A stretch of 64,000 nucleotides of DNA from Candidatus Cloacimonadales bacterium (GTDB lineage: Bacteria; Cloacimonadota; Cloacimonadia; Cloacimonadales; JAIOQZ01), in the NCBI GenBank assembly GCA_963665815.1, contig OY762463.1, positions 928,001 through 992,000 on the forward strand, written 5' to 3'. A model generated the notes under the pieces. That model saw only the letters and a program-made list of their open reading frames with translations, was not told where the DNA came from and ran no database searches. A program made the position numbers and the translations under genes. Position 1 is the first letter of the stretch. Every line of letters begins with the position of its first letter. Below, piece after piece: positions 42,826 to 52,861 of this stretch.

Positions 42826-43809
42826 ATGACAAAAATTGCTGCTATTGATATTGGTTTTTCCAGAATTAAGATTTTATCAGGAACTAAAAGCAAAAAAGAC
42901 ATCTCAATTGATGAATTCAGAACAATTGCGTTCAGGAATGAGCTTCTTGAGAATGTCGGTCACTTAAAGTTCGATCCTGTAGAATTTTACAGAATCAATA
43001 TAGAATCAATACTGGAAATACTGATGGCTGAAATTGAGACACTGCACCCTAAAACAAGATATTACTTCACTTTCAACAGCTTATACTCGGATATCTATCT
43101 CAAATCAATTGATGCCGGAAACATGAAGAAGCTCAAGTATATCTGCGAATTCTACATGGATAAAATCAAAGGTGTTGACTCAGAATCTAATTACCAGATA
43201 ATCAATTATGATAAATCCAGCAAAACCGGTGAAGTCCTGTTATTTAACTATCAGGTAAGTCCGTTTGAAAACCTTCTTGAGATTATTAATCAGCTTGGAG
43301 TACATGTTGAAGGAGTAGAGTTTGATGCTTTATGTCTCGCTAATGCTCTGGATAACATGTCAGAATTTTCCGACAATACGAACCTGCTTATTGATTTCGG
43401 ATCATCCAAAACCACTCTGATTACCATGAAGTATCAGAAGATCATCTCCCTGAAGATCCTGCCTGTTTCCCTGCTTAATGTCTGGGAAAAAATCAGCAAG
43501 CGAAACAATGTAACACTTGCAGTTGCAGAAAATCTGATGAGAGAAGAATCAAGAGTAATCTTACCGGAGACACCTATTTTCTTCCTTTCAAAATTCTTCT
43601 CAAAAGTATGCGAAGAAATACAGGAGCTGGAAGAATTTGATTCAATCAATCAGGTATTCGTTTCCGGTGGTGCAATGAATTCAAACCATTATATCACTAT
43701 GCTCAGTGATTTAATTAATAAAAAAGTCATGGTATTCGATCCGTTTTCAGACTCATCCACGACTAATCTCACCGGTTATTCTGCAGCATACGGGCTATTC
43801 ATAAGGTAA
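42826..43809 (+). CDS. PilM/FtsA-like actin-fold protein
   Basis: AIDIG..RIK, LIDFGSSKT, VSGG. Confidence 0.65.
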   Translation: MTKIAAIDIGFSRIKILSGTKSKKDISIDEFRTIAFRNELLENVGHLKFDPVEFYRINIESILEILMAEIETLHPKTRYYFTFNSLYSDIYLKSIDAGNMKKLKYICEFYMDKIKGVDSESNYQIINYDKSSKTGEVLLFNYQVSPFENLLEIINQLGVHVEGVEFDALCLANALDNMSEFSDNTNLLIDFGSSKTTLITMKYQKIISLKILPVSLLNVWEKISKRNNVTLAVAENLMREESRVILPETPIFFLSKFFSKVCEEIQELEEFDSINQVFVSGGAMNSNHYITMLSDLINKKVMVFDPFSDSSTTNLTGYSAAYGLFIR

Positions 43810-43814
43810 GTAAT

Positions 43815-44264
43815 ATGGGAAAATATTCTTTTAATCTTATTAATAAATTCGAAAAGATGAATAATTCAATAAAATGGATTATAATAAGCCTTTCCGTTGT
43901 TGTTATAACCGTTGTACTCCTTATTGGAGTTGTACCAAAACTGAGAAGTTCAAAACCAAAGATCAAACAACCTGTACATCAACAGGTAGCATCCAATGCT
44001 ACAGTAGATGTTAATCCGGATCTTCTGTCTACCAACGAGCAAATGCTTCAGGTAAATTTTGTCAATGAGTTCCAGGGATACCGAATTACAGGTATAAGCG
44101 TTGAGAAGAATAACTCTGTTGTCTATCTGGAAAAAGATCAATCTACTCAGGAATACAGAATCGGTGATGTTGTAATCGGGAACTTCTTTATCAATGATAT
44201 TCACTGGGCTCATATTATTCTGACAGACAATAATACTATTGTACATCTGAATAACACTAACTAA
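43815..44264 (+). CDS. Single-TM hypothetical protein (PilP/GspC-like periplasmic domain possible)
   Basis: N-terminal TM; ITGI...YRIGD pattern. Confidence 0.45.
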   Translation: MGKYSFNLINKFEKMNNSIKWIIISLSVVVITVVLLIGVVPKLRSSKPKIKQPVHQQVASNATVDVNPDLLSTNEQMLQVNFVNEFQGYRITGISVEKNNSVVYLEKDQSTQEYRIGDVVIGNFFINDIHWAHIILTDNNTIVHLNNTN

Positions 44265-44285
44265 ACTTTATAAACTCTTATCAGC

Positions 44286-44948
44286 ATGTTTTTAACAGAT
44301 ATTCATAATCTGCTTCTCAGGCATTACGGAAATCTTAACTGGTGGCCAGGAGACTCGCAGGACGAAATCATCATCGGAGCAATTCTCACTCAAAATACAT
44401 CCTGGACACAAGTAGAAAAAGCAATTCAAAACCTTAAAGATGCAAATTTGTTATCTCTGAATAAACTTCTTATTTCTGAAGCTGCCGTGATTGAAGAAGC
44501 AATTAAGCCAAGCGGTTTCTTCAAGCAGAAAACAGGCTACCTGAAAAACACGGCTGAGTTCTTTACTAAAACAGAAGTAAAAGAGCTAAACAATAAGGTA
44601 TTCAGAAAAAAACTTCTGTCTGTAAAAGGAATCGGACAGGAAACAGCAGATTCTATTCTACTTTACGCATTCAATATCCCATTTTTCGTCATAGATGCCT
44701 ATACTAAGAGGATATTTTCCCGTCTTGGATTCTGTGACAAAACGATTAAATATACTAACCTGCAAAAGCGTTTTATGCAGGAAATAGAGCCTGATCACGA
44801 ACATTACAACAATTATCACGCAATGATAGTCAATCTGGCAAAGGACAACTGCCGAACTAAACCAATCTGCAGTTCATGCTGCTTGAGATCAAAATGCAGA
44901 ACATATAAGGAGATAAAGACTAATGAAAGCTGTAATACAAAGAGTTAA
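44286..44948 (+). CDS. HhH-GPD endonuclease III-related DNA glycosylase
   Basis: GAILTQNT.W, GIGQETADSI, C-terminal Cys cluster. Confidence 0.88.
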   Translation: MFLTDIHNLLLRHYGNLNWWPGDSQDEIIIGAILTQNTSWTQVEKAIQNLKDANLLSLNKLLISEAAVIEEAIKPSGFFKQKTGYLKNTAEFFTKTEVKELNNKVFRKKLLSVKGIGQETADSILLYAFNIPFFVIDAYTKRIFSRLGFCDKTIKYTNLQKRFMQEIEPDHEHYNNYHAMIVNLAKDNCRTKPICSSCCLRSKCRTYKEIKTNESCNTKS

Positions 44949-45372
44949 ATCGGCATCAGTAATGGTGGATAATGAAATTGTCGGCGATATAGGCACCGGA
45001 CTTCTTATACTTCTCGGAGTAACACATAACGATACAGATATAGATCTGGAAAAATTCTGCCAGAAAATTACTGATCTGAGAATCTTTCCGGATGATAAAA
45101 AACCTATGAATCAGTCTGTAACCGATATCGGTGGTGAACTCCTTATCGTTTCCCAGTTTACACTGTATGCAGGATGCAAAAAAGGTCGTCGCCCTGATTT
45201 CATGCAGGCAGCAAAACCTGATGTTGCAGAAGATATTTATGAAGAAGTTATTGACATTCTTCAGAGAACAGGTTTAAAATTAGAAACAGGTGTCTTTGGA
45301 GCTCATATGGATGTATCGCTTGTGAATGACGGACCTGTAACAATAATACTGGATTCTGAAGATATCTGTTAA
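44923..45372 (+). CDS. dtd: D-aminoacyl-tRNA deacylase
   Basis: MKAVIQRV, SQFTL, NDGPVT. Confidence 0.96.
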   Translation: MKAVIQRVKSASVMVDNEIVGDIGTGLLILLGVTHNDTDIDLEKFCQKITDLRIFPDDKKPMNQSVTDIGGELLIVSQFTLYAGCKKGRRPDFMQAAKPDVAEDIYEEVIDILQRTGLKLETGVFGAHMDVSLVNDGPVTIILDSEDIC

Positions 45373-45417
45373 TGTTATCACTTAGCAAAGGCATAATTGT
45401 AAAAGGTAGAGGATTTA

Positions 45418-46443
45418 ATGAGAAAAAACTCAGAATGCAGAAAGGTTAGACCAATCACAATAATTTTAAAGCCATTTCAATTGGCATTATACATAATTAT
45501 TCAATTATTATTCATACCGTTAGCAATAGCAGGTTTAATCGTAGCCGTCCATAAAGAATTTAAACTAAGCAAGAAATACAAAGTCTCATTCTCAGGCATA
45601 AAAGCTTTGCAGTACAGGTGGTTTATGCACTATTTCGAAACAAGACCGGATTCATTATCTGTCAATTTCACAAAACACTTCCCCTGTGAATCCCACTGGG
45701 GTATGATGTCGCTTATGGGGCCATTAATCATAGCTCAAAAGTTTTTCGGATTCAGGACAAAGATAGGAAAACTGGTTGAGCCCGGTGAAGAAACTATTGA
45801 GTCAGCCTCCGGCATAAGGGTTCTCAGGTTTGACACGATCATGGAGAAATACATTGATCAGGTTGAACAGGTAGTAATCCCGGGAGCAGGTTTCGATCTG
45901 ATTGCTCTACACTACACTAAAAACAGGAATGTGAAGGTCTATGAGTTGGACCAGACGCATACTCTACAGATAAAGCTTGATACAATGAGGAAAGCTGGAA
46001 TTGCTCATGACTGGATTACATATATTCCTGTGGACTATTCAACGGAATTCTGGATTGATAAACTTCTCGAAGCAGGATTTGATAAAACAAAGAAAACTTT
46101 ATTCCTCTGGCAGAGCGTATCACTTTATCTTGATGAGCAAACAGTAAAACAAACTCTCAGAGAAATGGCAGAGTTAAGCTGCCCGGGCAGTATTATTGCT
46201 CAGGACTTCTATTCTACAGCTTTGTTTACGGGTGAAATATCCAAATCAGCAATGAGAATAATGAATATGATAAACAAAATGGGAGAGCCCTGGAAATTCA
46301 CTATTGATATGTCAGAAGGTGCAGACAATGCGATTGGAACGTTTCTCAGCGAATGTGGATTAAAAATGACATCCTGCGATCAGTTTGGGAAAAAACTGGA
46401 TATACCCCCATATTATTGTATTATTGAGTGTGAGAAGGAGTAG
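45418..46443 (+). CDS. LCM-family SAM-dependent methyltransferase
   Basis: QVVIPGAGFD, YELD, LWQSVSLYL. Confidence 0.8.
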   Translation: MRKNSECRKVRPITIILKPFQLALYIIIQLLFIPLAIAGLIVAVHKEFKLSKKYKVSFSGIKALQYRWFMHYFETRPDSLSVNFTKHFPCESHWGMMSLMGPLIIAQKFFGFRTKIGKLVEPGEETIESASGIRVLRFDTIMEKYIDQVEQVVIPGAGFDLIALHYTKNRNVKVYELDQTHTLQIKLDTMRKAGIAHDWITYIPVDYSTEFWIDKLLEAGFDKTKKTLFLWQSVSLYLDEQTVKQTLREMAELSCPGSIIAQDFYSTALFTGEISKSAMRIMNMINKMGEPWKFTIDMSEGADNAIGTFLSECGLKMTSCDQFGKKLDIPPYYCIIECEKE

Positions 46444-46493
46444 ATGTTATGCATATCTAGGATATTAAAAAAATGAATCTCGATACTCTTTGA

Positions 46494-47414
46494 TCATTTA
46501 CTTTCTTTCGCTTCTCGTTCAATCTTTTTAATCTCGCTTAGTTCAATATTTACTCTGCCATCGCTGGTTCTTGGAGTATTGTTAATTATCTTTTTAATTT
46601 TTTTGACAGCTTTTTCTTCCTTAATTACTATACCTTTTGAATATAAGTCTTTTATGGACAATACCCTTAAGTGTTTGTTCTGTATAGAAAACATTATAAC
46701 CAGACATAAGTAGTTTTCTTCATCATCCTGATATACTAATACAATGCTGTAAAGGTTGTTATCAACAATCTGGAATAAGTATTTCTTTATTACAGAAATG
46801 CTTTTTAACATATCTATTTCATCTTGATTCACGAGAGATAAATAATTCTTCATCATTGCTAAATTTTTGTTTTTTAGCGCTTTTTTAAGTGATCTTAAAA
46901 AAAATGTAATTTTCTGATCAATTTCTGGAAGAATCAGATCGTTTCCATATTTGTAACCTTTATCGATATTGATTCTTGCATTAATCTTTTTCTTCAGAAT
47001 TGAAACTTTTTTCCTTATCGAATCATTTGAGAGTCCATATTCCGAAATTAACTCTGATCTTTCTATGTTAGAAAAATACTTCAGAAGAAATTCCAATTCA
47101 TCAGTTTCAAGATAAGTGCTAATCTGATTAAAACATCTGAGTGGCTCTTCAGTTTCAAAATCAATAATCAGCTTTTTTTGCTCTAAAATTTCTTCTTCTT
47201 TCAAATATTTCTTATAGCTTTTCTTGAAGAGATTAGAGCTGACTTTAATAATCCATGCATCTGGATTTTTTATTGAATCCTTACTTAAGTAGTATTGATA
47301 TATTGCACTTGCAGAAATTTCTCTTGCTAAGTCATGGTTTGACGTTAAAGAATATGTGTATGTAAAACTTCTTTTCAGTAATTTTTTTATCTTTTTTTCT
47401 TCAAACTCAATCAC
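46494..47414 (-). CDS. Divergent ECF sigma factor-like protein with C-terminal extension
   Basis: Region 2-like (DLAREI...NPDAWIIKVSSN) and region 4-like HTH (SDSIRKKVSILKKKI). Confidence 0.5.
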   Translation of the reverse strand: MIEFEEKKIKKLLKRSFTYTYSLTSNHDLAREISASAIYQYYLSKDSIKNPDAWIIKVSSNLFKKSYKKYLKEEEILEQKKLIIDFETEEPLRCFNQISTYLETDELEFLLKYFSNIERSELISEYGLSNDSIRKKVSILKKKINARINIDKGYKYGNDLILPEIDQKITFFLRSLKKALKNKNLAMMKNYLSLVNQDEIDMLKSISVIKKYLFQIVDNNLYSIVLVYQDDEENYLCLVIMFSIQNKHLRVLSIKDLYSKGIVIKEEKAVKKIKKIINNTPRTSDGRVNIELSEIKKIEREAKESK

Positions 47415-48020
47415 AAATCATCCACCTTTCGACACTATAATTATAAAAAGAGATTATTTTCACACAAAAATCTTATTAATTTTACTATGTTGTCAATAAT
47501 TTTTCAGCCTATCGAACCAGTATAAGGCTATCGGGATGAGGCTTATTGATAGTATGTTGCAAAAAGAAAAAAATAAGAAATATCGTCAGATCAGGGTCAG
47601 AAACTTGTAATCAGAAATGATAATTTTTTGTTAAGAAAAGGTGGCATAAATACCTGTAGTGGCAATCTGAAACATGGGAGGGCATTTCCAGTTTCGCATT
47701 GGACTCTGTATGTACACAACTAAACGGAATAAGTATAATGTTAAAATATCCCCTCACTACTCACGAGTAATCAGAGATTTAATACCCATGGAATAATCTC
47801 CAAATATACTTAAAAAAAGGCTAATAATTAGGCTATCTTTACAACATGCATCCCCCCGAAACCCAAATACAATGTATGTATAACCTATTATAAATAAAAG
47901 TTTTGAAACAGTAAATCAGTGGAAAATATAAATCAATGTAATAGCTTTGAACTAAGTATGATTGTTTTTAATTGATGGTATTTTATCTTTTTTGTCCGTA
48001 TAGTAAATTTTCCCGCTAAG

Positions 48021-48252
48021 AAATCCTGAAGCCTTGGAAGGATTTTAGGGAGGATTTACGGTTTCAGCTTGCTGAAAATACATTTAGATGAAATTCACTA
48101 ATTTCATCAACTATTACAACTGTTCTTTTGCTTCGTTTTCTTTGGCACCAAAGAAAATGAAGAGTGCATTTTTCTAAGAAATGTCTGCTAAAAATCCTTC
48201 CAGTTATCTTGAATTCAGATTTTCAAGAAAAAACGGGAGGATTCAAAATCCT
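48021..48252. repeat. Multi-hairpin palindromic intergenic element (REP/MITE-like or structured RNA)
   Basis: Outer IR 48035-48 / 48188-202 enclosing several hairpins. Confidence 0.5.
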
Positions 48253-48317
48253 TACAAACATTGACAAGAAACATTGAATATGTCAATTGTTGTCCAATTC
48301 TTAATAAAGGAGAAACT

Positions 48318-49175
48318 ATGTTTTATGTATTTATTTCAATCATAGCATTTCTATTTGTTTTTGTTATGGGTGCTAAAATTGTTCGTCCAACCGAAAGAGC
48401 TTTAATTGAGACCCTCGGACGCTATTCAAGATTTTCGTTACCCGGATTTCACTGGATATTTCCCGGTATACAAAAAATGTTCAAAGTGAATGTAACAGAA
48501 ATTATGGCAGATATAGAGCCTCAGGAGATAATTACTAAAAATAGAATGAATGCTCAGGTAGATCTGGTCATATATTACAGAGTAAGAGCTGACGAAGAAT
48601 CCGTTAAAAAATCTCAATATAACGTAAACGACTTTCACTCCGAAATTGTAATGCTTGCTAAAACAACAGCAAGAAACGTAATCGGTGAGTTAATTTTTGA
48701 AGATGTAAACAGCAAGAGAAATGAGTTGAACAAGAAACTGCAGTTGATTCTGGACCATGAAAGCGATGCCTGGGGTGTTCAAGTTGTAAGAGTTGAGCTA
48801 AAAGAGATTCTACCACCTCACGATGTTCAGGAAACAATGAACAACGTAATTAAGGGCGAGAATAAAAAAACTGCAGCTATTGATTTTGCTTCTGCAAAGG
48901 AAATTGAAGCTGACGGAACAAGAAGAGCTCTAGTTAAAGTTGCCGAAGGTAAAAAACAGGCTGCAATTCTGGAAGCTGAAGGAAAGGCAAAATCTTATGA
49001 ATTGATTAACAAATCATTTATAGGAAATGCACAGGAGCTGAAACGATACGAAATCACCGAGAATTCTCTGGTGAATAACTCGAAAATCATCCTGACCGAT
49101 AAAGGTATCTCTCCACAATTAATTCTGGGAGATATCCCGATTACTAAGAAAACCGAAGCTCCTGCAGACAGTTAG
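48318..49175 (+). CDS. SPFH/band-7 (stomatin-like) protein
   Basis: IVRPTER, PQEIITK, WGVQVVRVELKEI, AEGKKQAAILEAEG; ATG 48318 after AAGGAG. Confidence 0.9.
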   Translation: MFYVFISIIAFLFVFVMGAKIVRPTERALIETLGRYSRFSLPGFHWIFPGIQKMFKVNVTEIMADIEPQEIITKNRMNAQVDLVIYYRVRADEESVKKSQYNVNDFHSEIVMLAKTTARNVIGELIFEDVNSKRNELNKKLQLILDHESDAWGVQVVRVELKEILPPHDVQETMNNVIKGENKKTAAIDFASAKEIEADGTRRALVKVAEGKKQAAILEAEGKAKSYELINKSFIGNAQELKRYEITENSLVNNSKIILTDKGISPQLILGDIPITKKTEAPADS

Positions 49176-49241
49176 GAGTGAACACTGACCAGACAGATAA
49201 TAAATCAGACTGTTTGAGTTAATAAATCAATTATCATCAAT

Positions 49242-49272
49242 AGCAATGAGACCAAAAACTCATTGCTTTTTT
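49242..49272 (+). terminator. Intrinsic terminator
   Basis: AGCAATGAG...CTCATTGCT plus T-run. Confidence 0.75.
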
Positions 49273-49393
49273 GGTAATTCTCACGAAATTAGAGATTGGT
49301 CATCAATAAAAGAAGCTATTTTAACAACACTTTTATTGACAGGCTGTGATGAGAGAGAGTTTCTACCAATTCAATCTGTGTTAACTTTGCCTC

Positions 49394-50014
49394 TTACTCC
49401 TCACAGGTAATCAGATATTTAATACCCATGGAATGGTCCTCAAATCGCCTCAACTTGATAATCATATTATCTTCTGATTTGGACAAGCTGACACAATTCA
49501 GTTGAATGTCCATCCCTATTGACGGCTTTTTATCGTATTTTATAAATTTCTCTTTATCAACACAGCTATAGTAATTCCCAACATACACACCAAAGTATTT
49601 CTTGTTTATGTTTGAGCCGTCCTCTCTGCCCTCAGAAAGCAATTTCATCGACTCTCTATAGAGGTTGATACAGATTGTCTCATGGACATCGTACTTTACG
49701 TTACATTGATCCAGATTAGAAAACATCACAACACCATTCTTGTCCGTTTTTTTTGTGTCGGTAGTAGAAAAGTACTTCAGATCGGCTCCACCTAAAGGCA
49801 TCAGGTTGATGCATCTGGCACGCATCTTTCTTTCAACAAGAGAATAAAAGACTTCAATGTTCTCTAAAGGCTTTCCTGTCTTCGCATCAACTACGGTTAT
49901 CTTTAATGGCCGTGTTTTCCCGGCTATTGTACAACCGAATATGAGTACCATAACCAGGAGCAGGAACATTATCTTTATGCATTTGAGCTTTGCAAGCCTT
50001 ATCTTATCATTCAT
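49394..50014 (-). CDS. Putative lipoprotein with carboxypeptidase-regulatory-like domain
   Basis: IFG-C lipobox; VVDAKTGKPLENIEV...TDKNG. Confidence 0.6.
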   Translation of the reverse strand: MNDKIRLAKLKCIKIMFLLLVMVLIFGCTIAGKTRPLKITVVDAKTGKPLENIEVFYSLVERKMRARCINLMPLGGADLKYFSTTDTKKTDKNGVVMFSNLDQCNVKYDVHETICINLYRESMKLLSEGREDGSNINKKYFGVYVGNYYSCVDKEKFIKYDKKPSIGMDIQLNCVSLSKSEDNMIIKLRRFEDHSMGIKYLITCEE

Positions 50015-50255
50015 TTCATCTCCTTTCTGTCCAGATCTGTTTATCAGAAAGAAATTGCAGATATTGTCTATAATGAGAGAGACTCATAAAAACAGCAAGA
50101 TAATTTTTTGCAGCTCTTAATTACTCCCAAAACAAAAAACTTGCCCTCATGCTCTATACATTCATATTTTAGTTATAGTGACAATATGTGTTCTTTGCAT
50201 AATTGCAGTAGCTGACTCGATTTCAGACAGCAACCAATAGTTAGAAGGTGTTAAG

Positions 50256-52091
50256 ATGGAACTAAAAAAAGATATAAATTTTTTCGGGGTTTTCAGTATT
50301 GCCACCGGAGCAATGATCAGCTCAGGTATTTTCATTCTTCCGGGATTAGCGTTCACTATGGCAGGTCCTGCAATATTCCTTACCTACCTGCTGGCAGGTG
50401 TTCTTGCTCTGGCGGGAGTATTAAGCGTTATTGAACTGGCAACAGCCATGCCAAAATCCGGTGGAGATTTCTACTTCATCAACAAAACATTCGGTCCGTT
50501 GTTGGGGACAATTTCCGGATTCCTCGGTTGGTTTACCCTCTCACTAAAAAGTGCGTTTGCAATCTTCGGTATATCGGAGATTGTGTTCCTGTTCTGGGGT
50601 ATCAGTCCGTTAATATCCGGTCTTGTATTATGTACAATCTTTGTGATTATCAACATATTCGGAGTCAAGGAAGCTGTAGCCTTTCAGAATATACTTGTTG
50701 CCGGTTTACTGGCTTTAATGCTGGCTTACATCTCTTTCGGGCTGCCAAATGTGGATGCATCCAGAATAACAAATGTGCTCTCAACAGGTTTTAACACAAT
50801 CGTTATCACTGCCGGATTCGTTTTTATAGCCTATGGCGGCCTACTCCAGGTTGTAAACGTTTCCGAGGAAATAAATAACCCTAAAAGGAATATACCGCTG
50901 GGAATTATCTCCTCAATCACCGTAGTAACAATTATTTATACTATCATAACTTATATCATTACAGGTACACTACCTGCAAAAGAGTTCAGCGGATCTCTCA
51001 CACCGGTCGCTGACTCTGCCAGATTATTCATGGGAAGCCCCGGATTCTGGGCAATCAGTATTGCCTCACTCATTGCTTTTGTTACAACTGCCAATGCCGG
51101 AATTATGGCTGCTTCCAGATATCCTTTGGCTCTCAGTAGAGAACACCTTCTTCCGAGTGCGATCTCGAAAATCAACAAGAAGTTTAAGACTCCGTCCATA
51201 GCAATTATCCTGACAGGTGTCTTCATATATGTTTCACTCCTTCTACCTCTGGAGATGCTTGTAAAAGCAGCGTCTACAGTCGTTCTCACATCCTATGTAC
51301 TGACTAATATAGCTGTGATAATCTTTAGAGAAAGCAGAATCACAAACTATAAGCCAAGCTTTAAATCACCCTTTTATCCATGGCTGCAGATTATTACAAT
51401 TATATCATTCCTGCTGATCATTGCTGATATCGGAATGCAGGCTGTGGAAATCAGTTTGTCCCTGTTGGTCATCAGTATAGGTATCTACTTTGCCTATGGA
51501 AGGAAAGCCAAAAACAAGGAATACGCCTTCCTTCACCTGATGAAACGCTTTGTTGATGATAAGCTGACCGATAATCTTCTCGAAGACGAACTCAGGGATG
51601 TAGTTATTAATAGAGACAGTATTGAGCAGGATAGCTTCGATAAACTGATCAAGTCTGCAGAAATCATTGATATGGAGAACCAGGGTGATTACGAATATAT
51701 GCTGAAGTCAATAATGAATCAACTTGTGGAAAAGACTCAGATGGATCCGAAAGAACTGCTGAATAAATACTTGAATGCTCAGAAGGAAACTAATTTTGCT
51801 ATATCAGAATTTCTGGCTATCCCCCACATTGTTATAGATGGAACAGATAAATGCTTCCTGCTGATTATCAGAAACAAAAAGGGGATTAAGTTCACCGAGA
51901 ATGAGAATAAGGTTAATGCAGTTTTCGTGCTTGGTGGAACTAAAGACAAACGAGTCGTTCACCTGAGAAACATTGCATCAATCGCCTCCCTGGTGTATGA
52001 AGAGGACTTCCAAAAGAAGTGGATTAATGCTGAGAATGAGACTGAATTGAAAAACCTGATGCTTCTGAGTAGTAGGAAGAGGTATTTTTAG
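50256..52091 (+). CDS. APC amino acid permease fused to PTS EIIA-type domain
   Basis: GAMISSGIF, PKSGG, EEINNPKRNIP; C-terminal AIPH. Confidence 0.9.
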   Translation: MELKKDINFFGVFSIATGAMISSGIFILPGLAFTMAGPAIFLTYLLAGVLALAGVLSVIELATAMPKSGGDFYFINKTFGPLLGTISGFLGWFTLSLKSAFAIFGISEIVFLFWGISPLISGLVLCTIFVIINIFGVKEAVAFQNILVAGLLALMLAYISFGLPNVDASRITNVLSTGFNTIVITAGFVFIAYGGLLQVVNVSEEINNPKRNIPLGIISSITVVTIIYTIITYIITGTLPAKEFSGSLTPVADSARLFMGSPGFWAISIASLIAFVTTANAGIMAASRYPLALSREHLLPSAISKINKKFKTPSIAIILTGVFIYVSLLLPLEMLVKAASTVVLTSYVLTNIAVIIFRESRITNYKPSFKSPFYPWLQIITIISFLLIIADIGMQAVEISLSLLVISIGIYFAYGRKAKNKEYAFLHLMKRFVDDKLTDNLLEDELRDVVINRDSIEQDSFDKLIKSAEIIDMENQGDYEYMLKSIMNQLVEKTQMDPKELLNKYLNAQKETNFAISEFLAIPHIVIDGTDKCFLLIIRNKKGIKFTENENKVNAVFVLGGTKDKRVVHLRNIASIASLVYEEDFQKKWINAENETELKNLMLLSSRKRYF

Positions 52092-52097
52092 GGGGAG

Positions 52098-52319
52098 TCA
52101 ATCCACCCTCAGCTTCCCCATGAAACGGATATAGTTTGTTTCTTTCGCCCCAATACGATGACCACAGTTTGGACAAAGGACATCATCATTTTCCTCTATG
52201 CAGTAGCTTTTCCGGATACAGGAATAATACATGCGGATTAGAGAGCCTTTCCCCACTTTCCTGTAGCGAAAGAGCTTCTGCTTGCAATCAGGACATTTGA
52301 TAGTTATGATTTTTTCCAT
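52098..52319 (-). CDS. Small zinc-ribbon protein
   Basis: CPDC...LFRYRKVGKG...CPNCG. Confidence 0.65.
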   Translation of the reverse strand: MEKIITIKCPDCKQKLFRYRKVGKGSLIRMYYSCIRKSYCIEENDDVLCPNCGHRIGAKETNYIRFMGKLRVD

Positions 52320-52402
52320 ACCTTATCTAAGCTGAGTATACAATAGAGTCAAGGATTTATAAGTTGGTGCTAAAACATGACTTTTTCCCTTGGGATCAGC
52401 AC

Positions 52403-52590
52403 ACAGTGTGTATAAAAACAGATTTTGTCGCTTCACTCACTCAAAAACTACTTCCCTTCGACTCCGCTCAGGGTACTTACAACTCTAACTTTTTCAGTAA
52501 GTTAAGCTGATTGAGTCCCGAATAATCGGGAAAATCTACGACATAAATTATTGAAAATTTCAAGATATTTCGCGTTTTCACACAGTCTGT
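52403..52590. mobile_element. Possible MITE with IS1182-like ends
   Basis: 17-bp imperfect IRs (13/17) and an internal REP-like hairpin; no ORF. Confidence 0.35.
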
Positions 52591-52633
52591 CAATCAACAT
52601 AGATTATTCATCAAGAATTCTTATTCACTTCTT

Positions 52634-52667
52634 ATAACTTCACTTAACATAACTTAAGAAAAGTTAT
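52634..52667. promoter_or_regulatory. 13-8-13 inverted repeat (loxP-like recombination site or operator)
   Basis: ATAACTTCACTTA-acataact-TAAGAAAAGTTAT; arms 11/13 complementary. Confidence 0.35.
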
Positions 52668-52861
52668 TTTATATTAAGTATATTTTCTTTAATTTAAATT
52701 TTTGCTTGACAAATTATATGAATTATGTTTTCTGTCTCATCGAATGTTTTTAAACAACGAGAGCATGGTTCAACACAAATCAATATGGTGTGACATTGAT
52801 TAGATTTCAATCGAGTTAAAACTTACAAAGATAATAATTACTTTATGCAGGAGGTGACAAC

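Noticed and set aside
47757-49446. DGR template/variable repeat pair (prompted by the BPP-1-like head)
   Set aside because: The repeat is short, mismatches are not adenine-specific, and there is no reverse transcriptase in the window.
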